Positions 1 to 13,054 of a stretch of DNA of 64,000 nt are shown here, piece after piece. The stretch is from contig CBDBMG010000001.1 in the NCBI GenBank assembly GCA_965207375.1, positions 1 through 64,000 on the forward strand, in the 5' to 3' direction. Position numbers and translations under genes: made by a program. How positions within the stretch are numbered: position 1 is the stretch's first letter; every line of letters starts with the position of its first letter. The notes under the pieces were generated by a model. The model saw only the letters and a program-made list of their open reading frames with translations. It was not told the origin of the DNA and did no database searches. This DNA comes from Nitrosopumilaceae archaeon (lineage in GTDB: Archaea > Thermoproteota > Nitrososphaeria > Nitrososphaerales > Nitrosopumilaceae).

Positions 1-7
1 TTTACAG

Positions 8-1500
8 ATCAATTGTGTATTTTTGGCTATTACATTAAAAGTATTGTGGGCACGTCAACAAAAAACAATGAGTGCAAAAATTTACTCTAATACAGATACA
101 GTCAAGTATGTACGTATGTAGCTATATTATTTAATCTGTGCATAATTCTTAATAGAGATTTATTGAAAGCTGTAATAGTGCTTTTACCTGTACTTGGATT
201 GACTTGGATAATCGGCATAATTGCTGTCAATAATGAAACTCAAGTATTTGCATGGATCTTTGCAATCCTCAACTCTTTACAAGTAAACAACATGAATCCT
301 ACCATTGTAGTTGATACAGCTATATAGTTACTTATTATTGATATAATTAGGGAGTGTTCATATTTATATTTCATGTGCTGAGAAATAAGCAGGTAAATAT
401 TTTATTAAGTATATAGCTATTACATATGTAAATTATCTTATTGTGGATGGCATTTTAACTTATACATACAGGTAGCAAAGCAAATGAGAGATTGGTTTAC
501 AGTAAGTAATCGAAATGCAAATGCACAGTTGGCTGCATGATTGTTATAGGCATCAGAAGTAGGTGGCAGGGGCTAAAGCCCAAAAAGTACATATTAAGCT
601 ATACATCTCCATCCCAATATACGTACATAGCTTGTAGCTCCCAACAAGATAAATTGTGTCTGAAGTATATGTGTTAGATTCCAACCACTTGTTAATAACT
701 AAGTGCTGAATAATGGCACACAACAATCAATTGTCAATTACTTCTCTGAAAGTCAGCTTAAAAAGCTAAGATTCAACCTGAGATTTCAGCTGACGGGTAC
801 ACCCCCCCACTACTGAGTGACTTCTGATGCCTTTGATAAGTTGTAGCCTCCAGTATAATGTTAGTTACTATGCTTTTATGGTGATCACCATAGAGCTGTG
901 GTAGTAACAGTACAAGTACATTTGGAGTTTCATCAAAAGCAAAAAGTAGGTCTCAGTTAGCTAACTATTAGCTATAATAAATGCAAAGACGTGTATGTAG
1001 TATGTAGTTTAAGGTAATTAAATTATTACATGCTGTGAATTTAGCTTCTCAGAATTCTTCTAGTGAAGTCAGTGGTCATGGTAAAAAAATAGTAACTACT
1101 TCGTTTGGAGGTGGTGTTACTGGTGGGGATTACTTAAGCTCAAATTTGGAAACACACTTGTCAAAAGGTAATTGGGATGGCTATGTGTTTTCACTATTGA
1201 AAAGATCAATGTATGTTTTTTATAGAAGACAGTGTTGTTGAAGATGACTACCAAATAAAGTTGAAAACGTTCAGAAAATTGGAAGAATCGGTAACTGAAG
1301 AACATGACATTGAAGTGAAAGAAAAACAGCTAGATAAAGATAATCGTGATATCGAAGAAGAAGATAAAAAATCAATTACTGAAGATATCGAAATGGAGAA
1401 AAGATCTAATATTGAAGTAGAAGGTGCAACTGTTGCTGTAGAAAGAAATTCTGCAGCTACAACCACCAAGACAACTCCATTGCCACATACTGTAAAGTGA
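8..1500 (+). CDS. Adhesion-class (family B/7tm_2) GPCR, 3' part: end of TM5, TM6, TM7 and acidic cytoplasmic tail; exons 8-105, 156-282, 351-392, 472-501, 894-945, 1045-1167, 1226-1500
   Basis: Spliced translation INCVFLAITLKVLW...DLLKAVIVLLPVLGLTWIIGIIAVNNETQVFAWIFAILNSLQ|GVFIFIFHVLRNKQ|VAKQMRDWFT matches the LLPxLGLTW and LNSLQGxFIFIFH motifs of adhesion GPCRs. All junctions are AG/GT and phase-compatible; stop TGA ends at 1500. Confidence 0.9.
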
Positions 1501-1692
1501 AAAAAGGCACTTTTTAGCAATATGATTTTTAGGATTTAATGTGTCTAAATACTAGCTGCCTACTTGAACTGATTTAGCTGCTTGTCTTATTGCCAGTTTG
1601 CTATTATTATTATTCATGAAAGAAAACCCAGTAACTAGATAACAACATGTATCATTATAAATCATTATTTTTCTGTCTTTATTGCCTCCGTG

Positions 1693-2470
1693 TCAAGACT
1701 CACGATAGTGAGTCATGAGGCCAAGAGAAGTACATACATAGCAATATGTGACTACTAGAGTAAGTTATCTGTACCTAGCACTACTCTGAAATTTGCAGAT
1801 GCTAAAGCAGGTCTAGCACACTCTTATTTTACAGAATCAATAAACCAAACAATAAAGAAAATCAGCATCATCAATAAGCATGAGTTTTTCACCACTTGTT
1901 CATCTCAACTGAACAAATCATTGTTTTCCATCTTATTCACTTGTTACTTGAGAATTACTACTTAGAATTAGTAACCCAAACTTCATCAAAATTGATTCAG
2001 GCAGTTTTCTGATATACCCCATAAAGTCCTTAAAAATTTTTGTACAGCAGCTTAAGATTTTCATTTTAAATCACACTTATTTCTGATAACTCATTCATTC
2101 ATTTCATTTCTCTGATTTTGCTTCTCTGATAACTTAGTTACCATATATAGCAGGTTGAAACTTGTCACAACTCAGAGCTCAAACTTACATTTTACATAAA
2201 ATTTCAGACATGTAAATTACATTGACATAATTATGTCTTTACTACATGTGAGTTTTATCTAATTGGTTCATATGCTATCATACTGAACAACAGTTGTTAG
2301 ATTAGAGCAAGTTCATGTCATCCACAACACTACTGGCCATTGTTTGATATCTCCACCTATACGTAGATATTGTATTAAAAGAAATCATGTTACAAATATA
2401 ACAACCATAGCTTATTGTAACTGTACTAAACATTTACAAAAAGTGTAGCTATGTTACTAAAATGTTCACA
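1693..2470 (+). mobile_element. Family A element, diverged copy lacking the terminal hairpin
   Basis: Starts TCAAGACTCACGATAGTGAGTCATGAGGCCAAGA; patchy similarity to 24956-25640 and 10643-11530. End approximate. Confidence 0.65.
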
Positions 2471-2484
2471 TCATCTTATTTATA

Positions 2485-3185
2485 TCAAGACTCATGATAG
2501 TGAGTCGCGAAGCCAAGAAGAAGCAGCTGTACGCAACGAATGAGTAAGTTATTTACACGTAGCACCGCTCTGAAATTTGAAAATATTGTAGCTAAGCTGC
2601 CACGACAGCTGTCGCTTAGTTATTCAGGAAACAGCACGTTCTAACTATATAGAATCGGTAACCTGACAATGGAGGAAATCGGTGTCACCAATACTAAGTA
2701 CCAGCCATTGGGAGTTTTATGGTACCCATTTGTGCGTCCACGTTCGAAAACCATCCTTTTGGTACCCATTCACCCATTTACTAGACAAATAGTACCTTTA
2801 GTGTGTGAAGAATTGTTGACCTGAAGTTCATCGAAATCGGTCACGTTGAACTTTTGAACCAGCCATACAAAGTCCTTCCTGTCATCAAACAAATTTTATG
2901 TGCCCGTCGTTTTTTTCTTTTCTTATTTTCATTGCACACTTTTCGTGGGCTTGCATGACCCCCGGCGTGAATCCCGGAATTTATATTTGAAACACTCATT
3001 TAGTACATACACTTGTTTGTCTAATAACTCACTCATTTCTGCATGGATTTCAACCAACTTTGTATCAACACTTCTCCCATGTATGCTCTACCAGACAAAC
3101 AACTTTCAGCATAAAGCAAATACCTCAATGTATTTGAGAGATACTTTTACACTGCATGTTGATAGTTTCCATAACTCGGACCACT
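2485..3185 (+). mobile_element. Family A element, 5' ~700 bp
   Basis: TCAAGACTCATGATAGTGAGTCGCGAAGCCAAGAAG start; colinear with 24956-25590 and with the reverse complement of 62590-63274. Confidence 0.85.
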
Positions 3186-3421
3186 AATAGTATTCATCGG
3201 TTGAATATTAAATACTTACTACGCACTTACTATTAAGGTGGTGATCAAGTGGCTCGCCCACGTAATTAGCTATTTATTAACAAGTTGCTGTATCGTGAAA
3301 AATATTGCTGCAATGAGCCATTAATCTATAGACATTCTGTAAAACCACTTAAAGCACTAATTAGAGTAGTAGCTATGCGAACTGGATGCTACTTTTACGA
3401 GACGTTTGCAATTGACGCTTA

Positions 3422-5291
3422 CACAGCAAGAAAAGGTATGTAAGACGAAATATTCGGGTATTGTGTATCAAAGGCAACACGGAAAAGACGGAAAAGACGG
3501 AAAACACAATTGCTAAAAACACACAATGCAAAAATGATACTGTCTTCTCCGTAATAAACCGCAGCCGCAGCAGTAATAATTTGGCCGGAAGTATAAGCGT
3601 GCGCGTCAACATTATAATTATGAGTGGTAGTGGTTAAGGACAATAGATGACGTATGCTTTCTTTTGTTTGAGATTGACAAGAAGGATGGAAGGCCTCGAT
3701 TTCTTTATGGCGCATTTATTTCATAAATGAGTGCGTACAGGACCTATAGCTGCTCTGTAGTGTAGGGAGGGAACCGCTATGGTTTGACATCGACGGCGGC
3801 ATTTAATGATGGGCAGTCATCACTGCGACTGGAACTTTTCGGAGGCGAAGGTTAGCTCCTTGCATGCATTACAATATTTTTATCGAATTGAACCGTATAC
3901 AGTTGCATGATCGCTTGGGATGGCACCGAGCTCAGCTATAATCATTCATGTTTTAGCATAGTGAGAATAATAGTGTATAATATTATATTATAGCCAGAAG
4001 TATGAAATGCCGGTATTTTAGATGTTTGGTTGCAATATGGATGACTGATGGAGTGATGGACTTGTGCGAATAGTTGAGCAGAACAGGTTAGCCTTGCACG
4101 CTACAGCTCTATACTTTTATTTATGTGTGGTTTACAGAAAGGAAGCTTACAACAAGTGCATTTGCTAGTATACATGGATGATGGAACTCATTTATGCACA
4201 ACCAGGACAAAGCCCTTGGGGCCAAGCTTCCGCTGTGGTTAGTGCATGGGATGCATATACTCAACCGCTTGACCGGACTATGATGAAGGCTGCTGAATTA
4301 GAAATCAAAATGAATTTTCATGCAGATATGCCACTTGTGTATATATAGCTAGCCCTTTAATACAATACTTCGTTTATGTAGAACATGAGGTGGTGTCTAT
4401 GGATGATTGAAAACTCGTGAGACGGTGGGCCATGGTGCTTTAAGTGGATATATTTCTTGGATGAGTAATCACCGTCCTGACTTAAGAGAAACATGCTGGC
4501 AGGTTAGTAGTAGTAGTAGTATATATATATAATAGTTATAATATTGTGTGTACATGGCTAGGTTGGGGAATGGCAATGGAGATATTACAAAGGTATGTCA
4601 GGGACATTTATGTCATACATTTGAACAAACTCCCAAAATTTAAATGAAGTTTTAAGCTTTAAATGTTTATTACAGCACTCAAAGCAACATCAGCTCCAAT
4701 ATCTATACTGCATGCACAATAGCATTTGTTGTTTGTGGTACATGCAATATGCATGCATGATTGTCCTATACTGACATTTTTATACTTATAGTGTTGTTTT
4801 TAATCCCCTTTAACCAGAATTTATCTTTTTGCACAGGTGCTACAATCATATCATCCACTGGTATACATATAGCTACCCACGGCAAGATGATACGCTATCA
4901 GCTGACAAGTTCTAGCCAGCATGGTTCATTAAACTGTGATGATAGTGAAGACTTTGACTCCAGCTTTGTACCTTGTACAGACTTTTAAAAGAATATTTTT
5001 GTAACTAATAATTACGAAATGTTTTCATTTTGAAATCCTAACAAAATATTTAAAAACACTAAATACAAGTCTAATTATAAATACTGAGGCAAAACCAGCG
5101 CCCGGCACCGGCAAACCAAGACGAGGACGGGACCGAACACGAGGATACGTCTAGCAAAAGTGGTACACTTACGGAAAATACAGGCGAAAACGTGAGAATC
5201 AATACGATGGCCGTTTCCGTCGTATAGCCGTGAGAGACGGGCAGTAATACAGTTGAATATGGTAACGCATTCGCATGCTTTTCTTGCTGTG
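3422..5291. mobile_element. CMC/EnSpm-like non-autonomous TIR element with degenerate internal coding-like sequence
   Basis: TIR CACAGCAAGAAAAG (3422) / CTTTTCTTGCTGTG (ends 5291); CAC..GTG termini; 2-bp flanks TA/TT match imperfectly. Confidence 0.55.
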
Positions 5292-6959
5292 TTAGTGCAA
5301 CTTTTCTGAAGAACACAAGCCCAAAATTATTTCATAATCAAGCTGTTTACTTTGTTCTCCGTGTTCGTATGTTTTAACATTTAATGTTTAGATGAAGAAA
5401 GAATTCAATTGTAGTACAGGCTTTCCAACATTCCACCACCCTACAAACTCGGACTGGGAAAAGCTTAACGTAGGCACATTTGTCTACCGTCCATCTACTC
5501 GCTTACAATTTTTTAGACCATTGCGATAATAACAGCTAGAGAAAACCTGCTACAAACATTTAATATTAATCCATTGTTTATCGCACGAAGTTACTGTTAC
5601 CACCGGTAACCATTCGCGGTTTGATTTTCTGTTCAAGAAGCCCAGCTCTTTCACTTACAAGTAAGTGAACCGTTGCTAATATTAGTGCATTATTAGCATA
5701 AATTAAAGATTATCTTACCATTAAACGTCTCTTCCTTTACAAAAACGCCATAATTAATCATGTACGGTGTGCATTAAAACGCATTTCAATTGTGTCATAC
5801 ATTGTATGGTTTCAATTACAGGGCACCCGCAGCTGCTTGACTGCCACCTTAATGTCGATTGTGCTCATCACTTGATATTCTAATTACACTGGTTTAAGTT
5901 GTTTATTTGAGTATGCGACTTTACACAACATTATATAGTTAAAAAATAAACTGCTTAACTATATTGTTGATGACTGCATGTGTTAATGGTGTAATTTTCA
6001 ATAATGTAATGATTGAAATACATTACTCAATACCTTATTTATACTGTTTATTATTGCAACAATACCTACTTTAAAACTAAAGGGTTACTAAATAAATTTT
6101 ATATTCAATAGTCAATACTTTTACTATACCATATACCATCATGGAATTATACATGCATTATTACAGTACATACTTTAACAATACAATTAAAAGTTCTAAA
6201 TCCAATACCAATAACTAGCTATATAGCTACAGCATAAAATATCTAATGCTGGAACAGCACTAATATATTATATCACTACTATTCACTAGATACTTGTTAA
6301 TTTTTATAATATACTAGCTAATGGTGCACATGCTGGATGATGCTATAGCTAACTACTCCTTTTATTGTAGTAAGCATTCCACTTCAATATCGCTACAATA
6401 ATTGTATTGCCTCTTGTTGCAATAATCATAGTCGTACATGGAATATTAAACTCAATGCAAATTAAAATACACACTGTAATAATCCATCCACTTTGAGCTT
6501 TTTGTGAAGTAGCTACGTACTTAGATTTTACGTTTTGCGCATGTTATGAGGCTTATATATGTCAATTAAAGTGTTAACAGGTTTTGTCTATCCAAAACAC
6601 ACGAATGAAATTGCAATTTTATCTAGCTACTAGACTAAAACATTAGTTACCTTAGATACAATTAGCTATATAGCTATAAAGACTTTTATCATTCCTGTGT
6701 GAATATACGTAGCTAACTAAACTATACACATTAAATTTTCTTATCAAATGGTCTTATCTTTCGTTTAATAGAATTTGCTGAATCAAATATCACCACAGTA
6801 ACTTTTCCTGAACAAGATTTTACAGAGCATCAGTTTTACAGTTAGTTTTGTAATGTAGTGTGTCTTAAACAATTAAGCCTAAGCACACATTTCAATTTTG
6901 TACATAGCTACAATTACTACACATTTTCAGATTTTATTGCTATGCCTAATTATTAACCA

Positions 6960-7240
6960 ACACAGATCATGCTATAAATTGTCCAACAGGCGGTTATCCT
7001 ACTATCAGGTATATAATAAACTTAGAAACTTTACTGCTGCTCTTCTTTCAGAAGTATGTAATGACGTCAGCATTGAGCCCCACTTACAGCCCCTTACTGG
7101 TGAACAATTTACCTTCTTTTTAAAGAGATTAGCATCCCTAGTTGCTGACAAGAAAGACCTGCCATATTATACTACGTATGATGTCCTGGCTTAGATGTCT
7201 TGTTAGTTATTCACTGTTGTGCTCTGCTATTGACTGTTTA
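6960..7240 (+). mobile_element. Relic of a CRE-like (restriction-like endonuclease) non-LTR retrotransposon C-terminus
   Basis: Peptides CPTGGYPTIR, KLRNFTAALLSEVCNDVSIEPHLQPLTGEQF, FLKRLASLVADKKDLPY and SWLRCLVSYSLL across frameshifts and an internal deletion. Confidence 0.7.
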
Positions 7241-7264
7241 TGAAAAAGTAATAAACTGAAAAAA

Positions 7265-7339
7265 GGCAGCAGAGATGAGATTCGAACCCACATCCTCCAG
7301 AACGACAGCCTTGGATCCTACCACCTACTCCACACTACA
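7265..7339 (-). pseudogene. Degenerate tRNA-like sequence (tRNA pseudogene or SINE head)
   Basis: Minus strand has an A-box-like TGGAGTAGGTGG, a B-box GGTTCGAATC in a T-arm-like stem, then a T run. No clean anticodon arm. Confidence 0.45.
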
Positions 7340-7776
7340 TCGCACTTGAAATTACCTATTTTAATTTGTTTTATTAATACAAATTACGGTATGTGTAAAT
7401 TGCGCTAATTGTACAAAATAATCTACGATACTAAACTGGCAAACATACACTATCAGTCAGTAGCTATAGCGGTAACTTTTGACCCTGCCCACTTCCAAAA
7501 ACATTCCTACTCCACTGATAAATGAACTGGAAAGCTCTAGAGCAAACACATACAGTACTGCATGGCTGGTGAGTGATAACTATAGCTATCCACTAATTGT
7601 TTTCCGATCAGACCTAACTGACTCCGTGACTCCATTTTAAATTTATTTTATTGGAGCCGGGGGCCCGGGAATGGCCAATATCTAAATACTTAAACCGGCC
7701 AGACAATTCTCATTCTTCATCTGACAATTTTATGGCAGGTGTAAAAACGTCATCTTCATACATTATGAGCAATTGA

Positions 7777-7855
7777 GCATGCGCAATCAAAAATCACGTG
7801 ACTATCGGTTATTTGCATAAGATGAATCCATAGAAATACACGTGGGCTATATAAT
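7777..7855 (+). promoter_or_regulatory. Putative proximal promoter of gene 1
   Basis: TCACGTGAC (7794-7802), ATTTGCAT (7811-7818), a second CACGTG and TATATAA just upstream of ATG 7901. The first two motifs recur upstream of gene 2. Confidence 0.45.
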
Positions 7856-7900
7856 CCACCAGAATATTTAATCGATCAGTGTACGAGAGAACTGAGTGAA

Positions 7901-7988
7901 ATGTTATTTATACGATTTGTCCTTTTGACATTATTGTCATGTGTTGACCGTTGCTATAGTGAGAGAACCGGCTTCCTTCCTGGACACG
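7901..7988 (+). CDS. Gene 1 exon 1, signal peptide
   Basis: MLFIRFVLLTLLSCVDRCYSERTGFLPGH + G|GTAAGT; same length (88 nt) as and homologous to 53473-53560; phase 1 fits the acceptor at 14530. Confidence 0.8.
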
Positions 7989-8328
7989 GTAAGTTCTGCA
8001 TTCATTATATACAGTTAGCTGGTTAGTTGTATGCATACATGTGCCAAATTTTGCCAGGCCGGCATCTCATCATCGCCCGCCGCATCACTCACCGCCCCAA
8101 CTTTTAGTGTATTTAAAAATTTCTTTGTTTTCAGATTGTGGAAATTCAATTTTCAGTCCCAACTCAGTATAAATTTTGTGCATTGGTATCCAAAATAACA
8201 AAATAAGGAGATTTTGGATTTTTTGTGAATCAGGTAGCTAGCTATAAAAAATTTTAAAATATACGTAAGACTTTACAAGGTGTTGTAAAATGTGGGCCCA
8301 ATTTTGAGGGTCAGTCACTCTTCCTCAG

Positions 8329-8468
8329 TAGTTTCGTGAACCAGACCACTTTCTTTCGGGTGGCGCTTATCGATTGGAGATTATAAGCACCCCTACCGAA
8401 AGTAGGGGCGCTTATAATCTCCAATCGATAAGCGCCACCCAAAGAAAGTGGTCTGGTTTACGAGACTA
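8329..8468. mobile_element. 140-bp fully palindromic MITE, Academ(H)-like
   Basis: TAG..CTA termini, near-perfect hairpin over its whole length, 9-bp TSD CTTCCTCAG/CTTCCTCTG; terminal motif shared with 45373-46716. Confidence 0.8.
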
Positions 8469-9081
8469 CTTCCTCTGTAATCATGTGTGAGATTTCGAAA
8501 TCAGCTCTTATTTCTTGATTTTAAATCTGATTTCAGTGATTTGAAAGCGTCACCGGCATTATGCATGAGATTTGTCAGGTGATCTATGTAATTATATTTG
8601 AAAGGTATCAATTTCTGGAAATATCAATATGACCAAGTTTATGAGTTGCGAGTCAATGGATAGTGACAGACCCTTGGGACACATATGTTTCAGATCCACC
8701 AGCTCCTACATTGCTATGCTTCACCGCCTAAATTTGGATGATGTCATGCCTATTCCCACCATTATTGCATCATTTCAACATGCTATTTTAAAATTTTATG
8801 CAAGTAGCTAATTACGTAGCTGTGTATTAAATAGAAGTGTACACTATACTGACACAACAATTCAAAAACTGTAGTACATTTTGAATAATATGAATACTAA
8901 AGTACATTTTACTTCTGTACAAAAGTTCACTATTTAATAATCAAGATTGTAATGAATAATGAGCCCACCCACCCGGGGTAACTTCCTGATCTGAAACGTA
9001 TAATTAGCAATAAGTAGCCTAATGTTTGACAAGATATTTTTAGAAATTTTGCCCAATAGAGTACAATATAGCTAGCTAAGA

Positions 9082-9617
9082 TTTAACCAGATGTGCACCA
9101 GCCAAAGGCTGGCATGTGCCTGGTTCTTTGAAACTGCTTTCATCTGAGAAGTCAGTATGTGTGCTTGTGTCTGTGAGGGTGTCCCGTCCCCAGGCTATTA
9201 AAACCATTCAAACCAGAATAACCGATCAAACTGTGACAAGTCTACTGCTTTTCAGTTTCTTTATGACACTTGCTATCAATATAACTGATGGTTGTGGCCT
9301 TAGTAACAAAGCGTGTCATGAATTGATGCCAAAGAAGAGCATAATGCTGTATTTCACAGTAAAAGGCATTTACTCAGCTGTACATTACTAACAAGACAGA
9401 GCACTTCAGTCTTAAAAGTGGGCGTCCTGTACAGATTGTGAAGAAAACTGACCTAAGTATAAAACCAGTTTAAGCAGAAGAATGTTATGTGTTCCTTAAT
9501 GGTGAGTCTTTGCTCATGTGACTTACTTGTGACATCATTAAATACTATTACCAGTAGATTAACAGTGGTTTAACGTTCACAGCACCTGGTTTTTAGATGG
9601 TAAAGCCTCAACTTGTT
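9082..9617 (+). mobile_element. Helentron-associated (HINE/DINE-1-like) element, family C
   Basis: 5' AACCAG..CCTGGTT hairpin, TG-rich tract, 3' ACCTGGTTTTTAGATGGTAA..CAACTTGTTT; colinear with 45210-47204. Confidence 0.65.
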
Positions 9618-10642
9618 TGGTTGGCCATTTGTTAAAAATTCTAACCCCATTAAAACTGTGTGGTAAATTTGTTCAACTAAATTAGATTATTAGATTTGAT
9701 TTTCCAAATGCTTTAATTGGTCAGAAATTAGCTAATGGCTGACTGTTATATTATACTCTGACAAAAATTTTACACTATACACAGTACGTGCAAATCAAAG
9801 CAATATTTGCAAATGATCATGCATATCAGATTTTTTAGTCTGATATGTGATAATTGGGCTTATTTTCATAATTAATGAAGCTATATTGTCTATGCCTCAT
9901 GTGGCCAAAACTTTTTGGGGGTATAGGTAGTTTGACGTGCTGTCATAATAGGTAAGTCATGAATACTAGTAATAGTCTATCATGTAAGTACGTATATTTT
10001 ACCTAGTAAGGAATGAAACCATTTACCTGAAGGAAATTTTCATGGTTTAGTAAGTTGTTATAATAAATATGATTAATTAAGGTAGCACTAAAAGTGAGTA
10101 GCAACAGTGGTAATCTCTACATGGTTTATTCCTTTTATAGTAAAGTAAATTTCAGCTATTATACAGGGCCATAGCCACCAACTTTGGAGTCATCAGGTTG
10201 AATTTTCTGCACAAAATGTAGCTGAAAGTGCTCACTACCTAGATGATATGTTACTGGCCTAAAAAGCCATGAGTAATAATTTATACCTATTTCTGTGCTT
10301 AACAAGAAGGTAAACTTATTTACTCACTAACCTCATTCAATTACTGCATCAAGATTTATTGCTCAGTTAAATATATTAAATACAACACCATTTATTTCAC
10401 ACATTTGTGTCTTCATTTTTTTATTTGAACAAGTACTGTAACAGTTTCTGACTATAAAAGGTACTGGATCAACATGATAAGCTTGTATACCTGCCACTCA
10501 AAGCAAATTACTTGTTCTAATACATTATTGTTTATTGGTGTTTTACAAGTGTTTACTTGACTGGTAACCAGACCAGCATAGGTGGTCAAGTTAAAATCTG
10601 ACCAACCTAACTGGCGGCTACAGCCCTACAAATCAATAGTGA

Positions 10643-11530
10643 TCAAGACTCACAATAGTTAGTCGCGAGGCCAAGAAGTAGCAACCGTTCAGTAAGTTAT
10701 ACATAATGCCACTCAATAATTTACAAATCCTGAGCTAAGCCACCATAAAACTATATCACTGCTTAGTTATTGCAGAGCTAGAGCATGTTCCTACTAGCTA
10801 TATAGAATCAATAACTGATGATAAAGGAATCTGGCACCACCTAAGTACCAGCTATTACAAGTTTTATGGTATTCATTTGTGCAACTATGCCCAACGAATC
10901 ATTGTTTTCCACTAGATTTGCTTGTTACTCGAGAATTTAGTACTGTCTTTAATGAATCGAAGAATCAGTAACCCAAAGTTCATTGAAATCACTTCGGCCA
11001 GTTTTTTCTAGTTCCTATAAAGTCATCATCAAATTACACGCTGGTTGTTTTTTTCTTTTTATTGCACACTTTTCGTGGGCTTGTTTGAATCCTAGGATTG
11101 TTATTTTCAATTTTTCATTCTATCCATCACGTTTGTTTCTCTATTACTGAATTCACTCATTCTGTCAATGATTTTTACTAGACTTGACTCAATCAGCATT
11201 CTCCTATGTATGTATACTCTACAAGTCCAACAAAATGTACAGTAAATAATTATAAGCAGCAAGCACTTCAGTATACTTGAAAGAAATTTTTACAGAACTA
11301 GAGCATATAATTGTTTTGCATAAAAGTTTTAGACACAAACTACATCAACATTTTGAAATTGTGACATGTGAGTTTATCAAAACAATTATTAAGGATTATG
11401 TGCCGTAATTAGATATTGAACAGTTGTAACATTAAACAATTAAACAAATACATGTCATCCACAATCCTCCTGGCCACTGTTCTGTTTCTTCACCTACAAC
11501 AATTCATACACATGTTACAAAAACAAGATT
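10643..11530 (+). mobile_element. Family A element, diverged copy
   Basis: TCAAGACTCACAATAGTTAGTCGCGAGGCCAAGAAG start; internal TTGCACACTTTTCGTGGGCTTG; 3' part resembles 2220-2400. End approximate. Confidence 0.7.
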
Positions 11531-11749
11531 ACATTAATATAAGCGTATGGCACTAAATTGTTCATGCTAGACAAATTCATATCTCTTAAGTGTCAAATTC
11601 TCCTTTATATGGAGACATCACCTAAGTGAGATAATTATTAGAGTACATTAGACGATATTAATTTTTATCTACGACCTTACTCTAGTAAAATCATGCTCAC
11701 ACTACTGCTATAAGCCACGTATAGGTACATATTTTTCAACCCAATAATT

Positions 11750-12470
11750 ATGGTTGATGAATATTAATTACTTGCCTTCTCAGTTGTTGTTTTGTTCACA
11801 CAGTTTTTTAATGGCATCTCCATCCTTTTGCTCAGAGGTATGGAAGCATTTCCATAATGGCAAATTCCTCTGGGACTTCACTTGTTTCGTCATTCACTGC
11901 AGCTATCATCCCAATATATATGGGAAGTTCTTTCTGACTTCTTCTGTTGTGTGTTTCAACTGAGAACATCCCACATCCATATGCTTTTGTTTAGGATAGA
12001 CTTAGTTGAGAAATCCAACGCCAACCCATGTTGCTGCAAGAAACCAAGACCTAAAATTGCAGGCATAATGAGATAACTAACCACAAGTTGTACTGTGAAC
12101 CCATGTTCTGTATACTGACTGGGGTTCTGACATAGTTGATGACTGAAAGTGGTGCACCTGACACTGTCTTTAAGGATAGTTGTGGCATTGATTTTGTCAC
12201 AATACAATATATTTGTATGATACTGTTTTGTGCTAACAAGGATATGGATGATCCTGAATCAAGCATTACTTCGGGAATCAATATTTCCTACAATCATACG
12301 TAGCTGCTTGTACCTTAGTGTAGCTACTGTTACAGTATTAGTGGGGCTGCTTTCTATTAGGGATATCGGTTGCCCCTCAGAGGCATCCCCCTTTAGTTTT
12401 CCTGCTGTTGCAAACAGTTTGCTGCTACATGACCCTACCTGTGTACTAATTATGACGGTTTAGCCAAGCA
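11750..12470 (-). mobile_element. Degenerate Ty3/Gypsy-like gag-protease fragment
   Basis: Minus-strand peptides VMLDSGSSISLL (retropepsin active site) and PAILGLGFLQQHGLALDF (ILGxDFL-like) in broken frames. Confidence 0.7.
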
Positions 12471-12563
12471 AGACTAGTTCAGCTCGTGTTCCAGTTTATC
12501 GGTAGCTTAAATAGGAAGATAATACACAAATATAAGACCATAGATTATATTTGATATGGTAAG

Positions 12564-12822
12564 GCGGGGGCCCCCAACTCCATGAAATCTCGTACAGGCT
12601 CTTTGAAATCTGAAATCTATAATTTCCGTATTTTTCAATATTAATCGCACAATTGAGCTTTGTTTCTGTTGTAATTCAAAATTTGTAAATACATAGAAAT
12701 TCAATCAAAAATTGTAAATACAATTTAAAATCTTGCTAAAATCTTTGTAGAAATATTGAAATCTTACTCAAAATCTTAGATTTGGAATCTTGTACAAGAG
12801 TTTTCAGAGTCGGGGACCCCTC
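12564..12822. mobile_element. MITE, GAGGGGTC-terminus family
   Basis: Imperfect TIR GCGGGGGCCCC/GGGGACCCCTC, internal GAAATC repeats, 8-bp TSD ATGGTAAG. Confidence 0.75.
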
Positions 12823-13054
12823 ATGGTAAGGTAAGACAATGCGTGACCGTGAGCATCACACAAGCTAGTGAATGACCACTCATGATAGCTGATCAACTGC
12901 ACTGAGAACAGTATTACTCTGCAACCTGTGCTTTAAAATGTAATTTAAAGATGTAATTAAAAATATTCTAAATCAACTAAAAATCAGGCTGATTTCAATG
13001 AAATCAAAATTCGTACAGGATTTTGGAGTGTTGGACCTCTCAGAGAAATCAACC

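Noticed and set aside
2815-2845. Hammerhead ribozyme in family A (CTGAAG..GAAA), which would favour a Penelope/retrozyme origin
   Set aside because: The core lacks CUGANGA with a proper stem II and is not conserved in the full copies. An Infernal search is still advisable.
2900-3187. ORF shared with 25394-25636 as a family A protein
   Set aside because: The similarity simply reflects the repeat; start and length differ, and there is no recognisable motif.
7265-7339. Functional tRNA gene
   Set aside because: Acceptor and anticodon stems do not pair cleanly.
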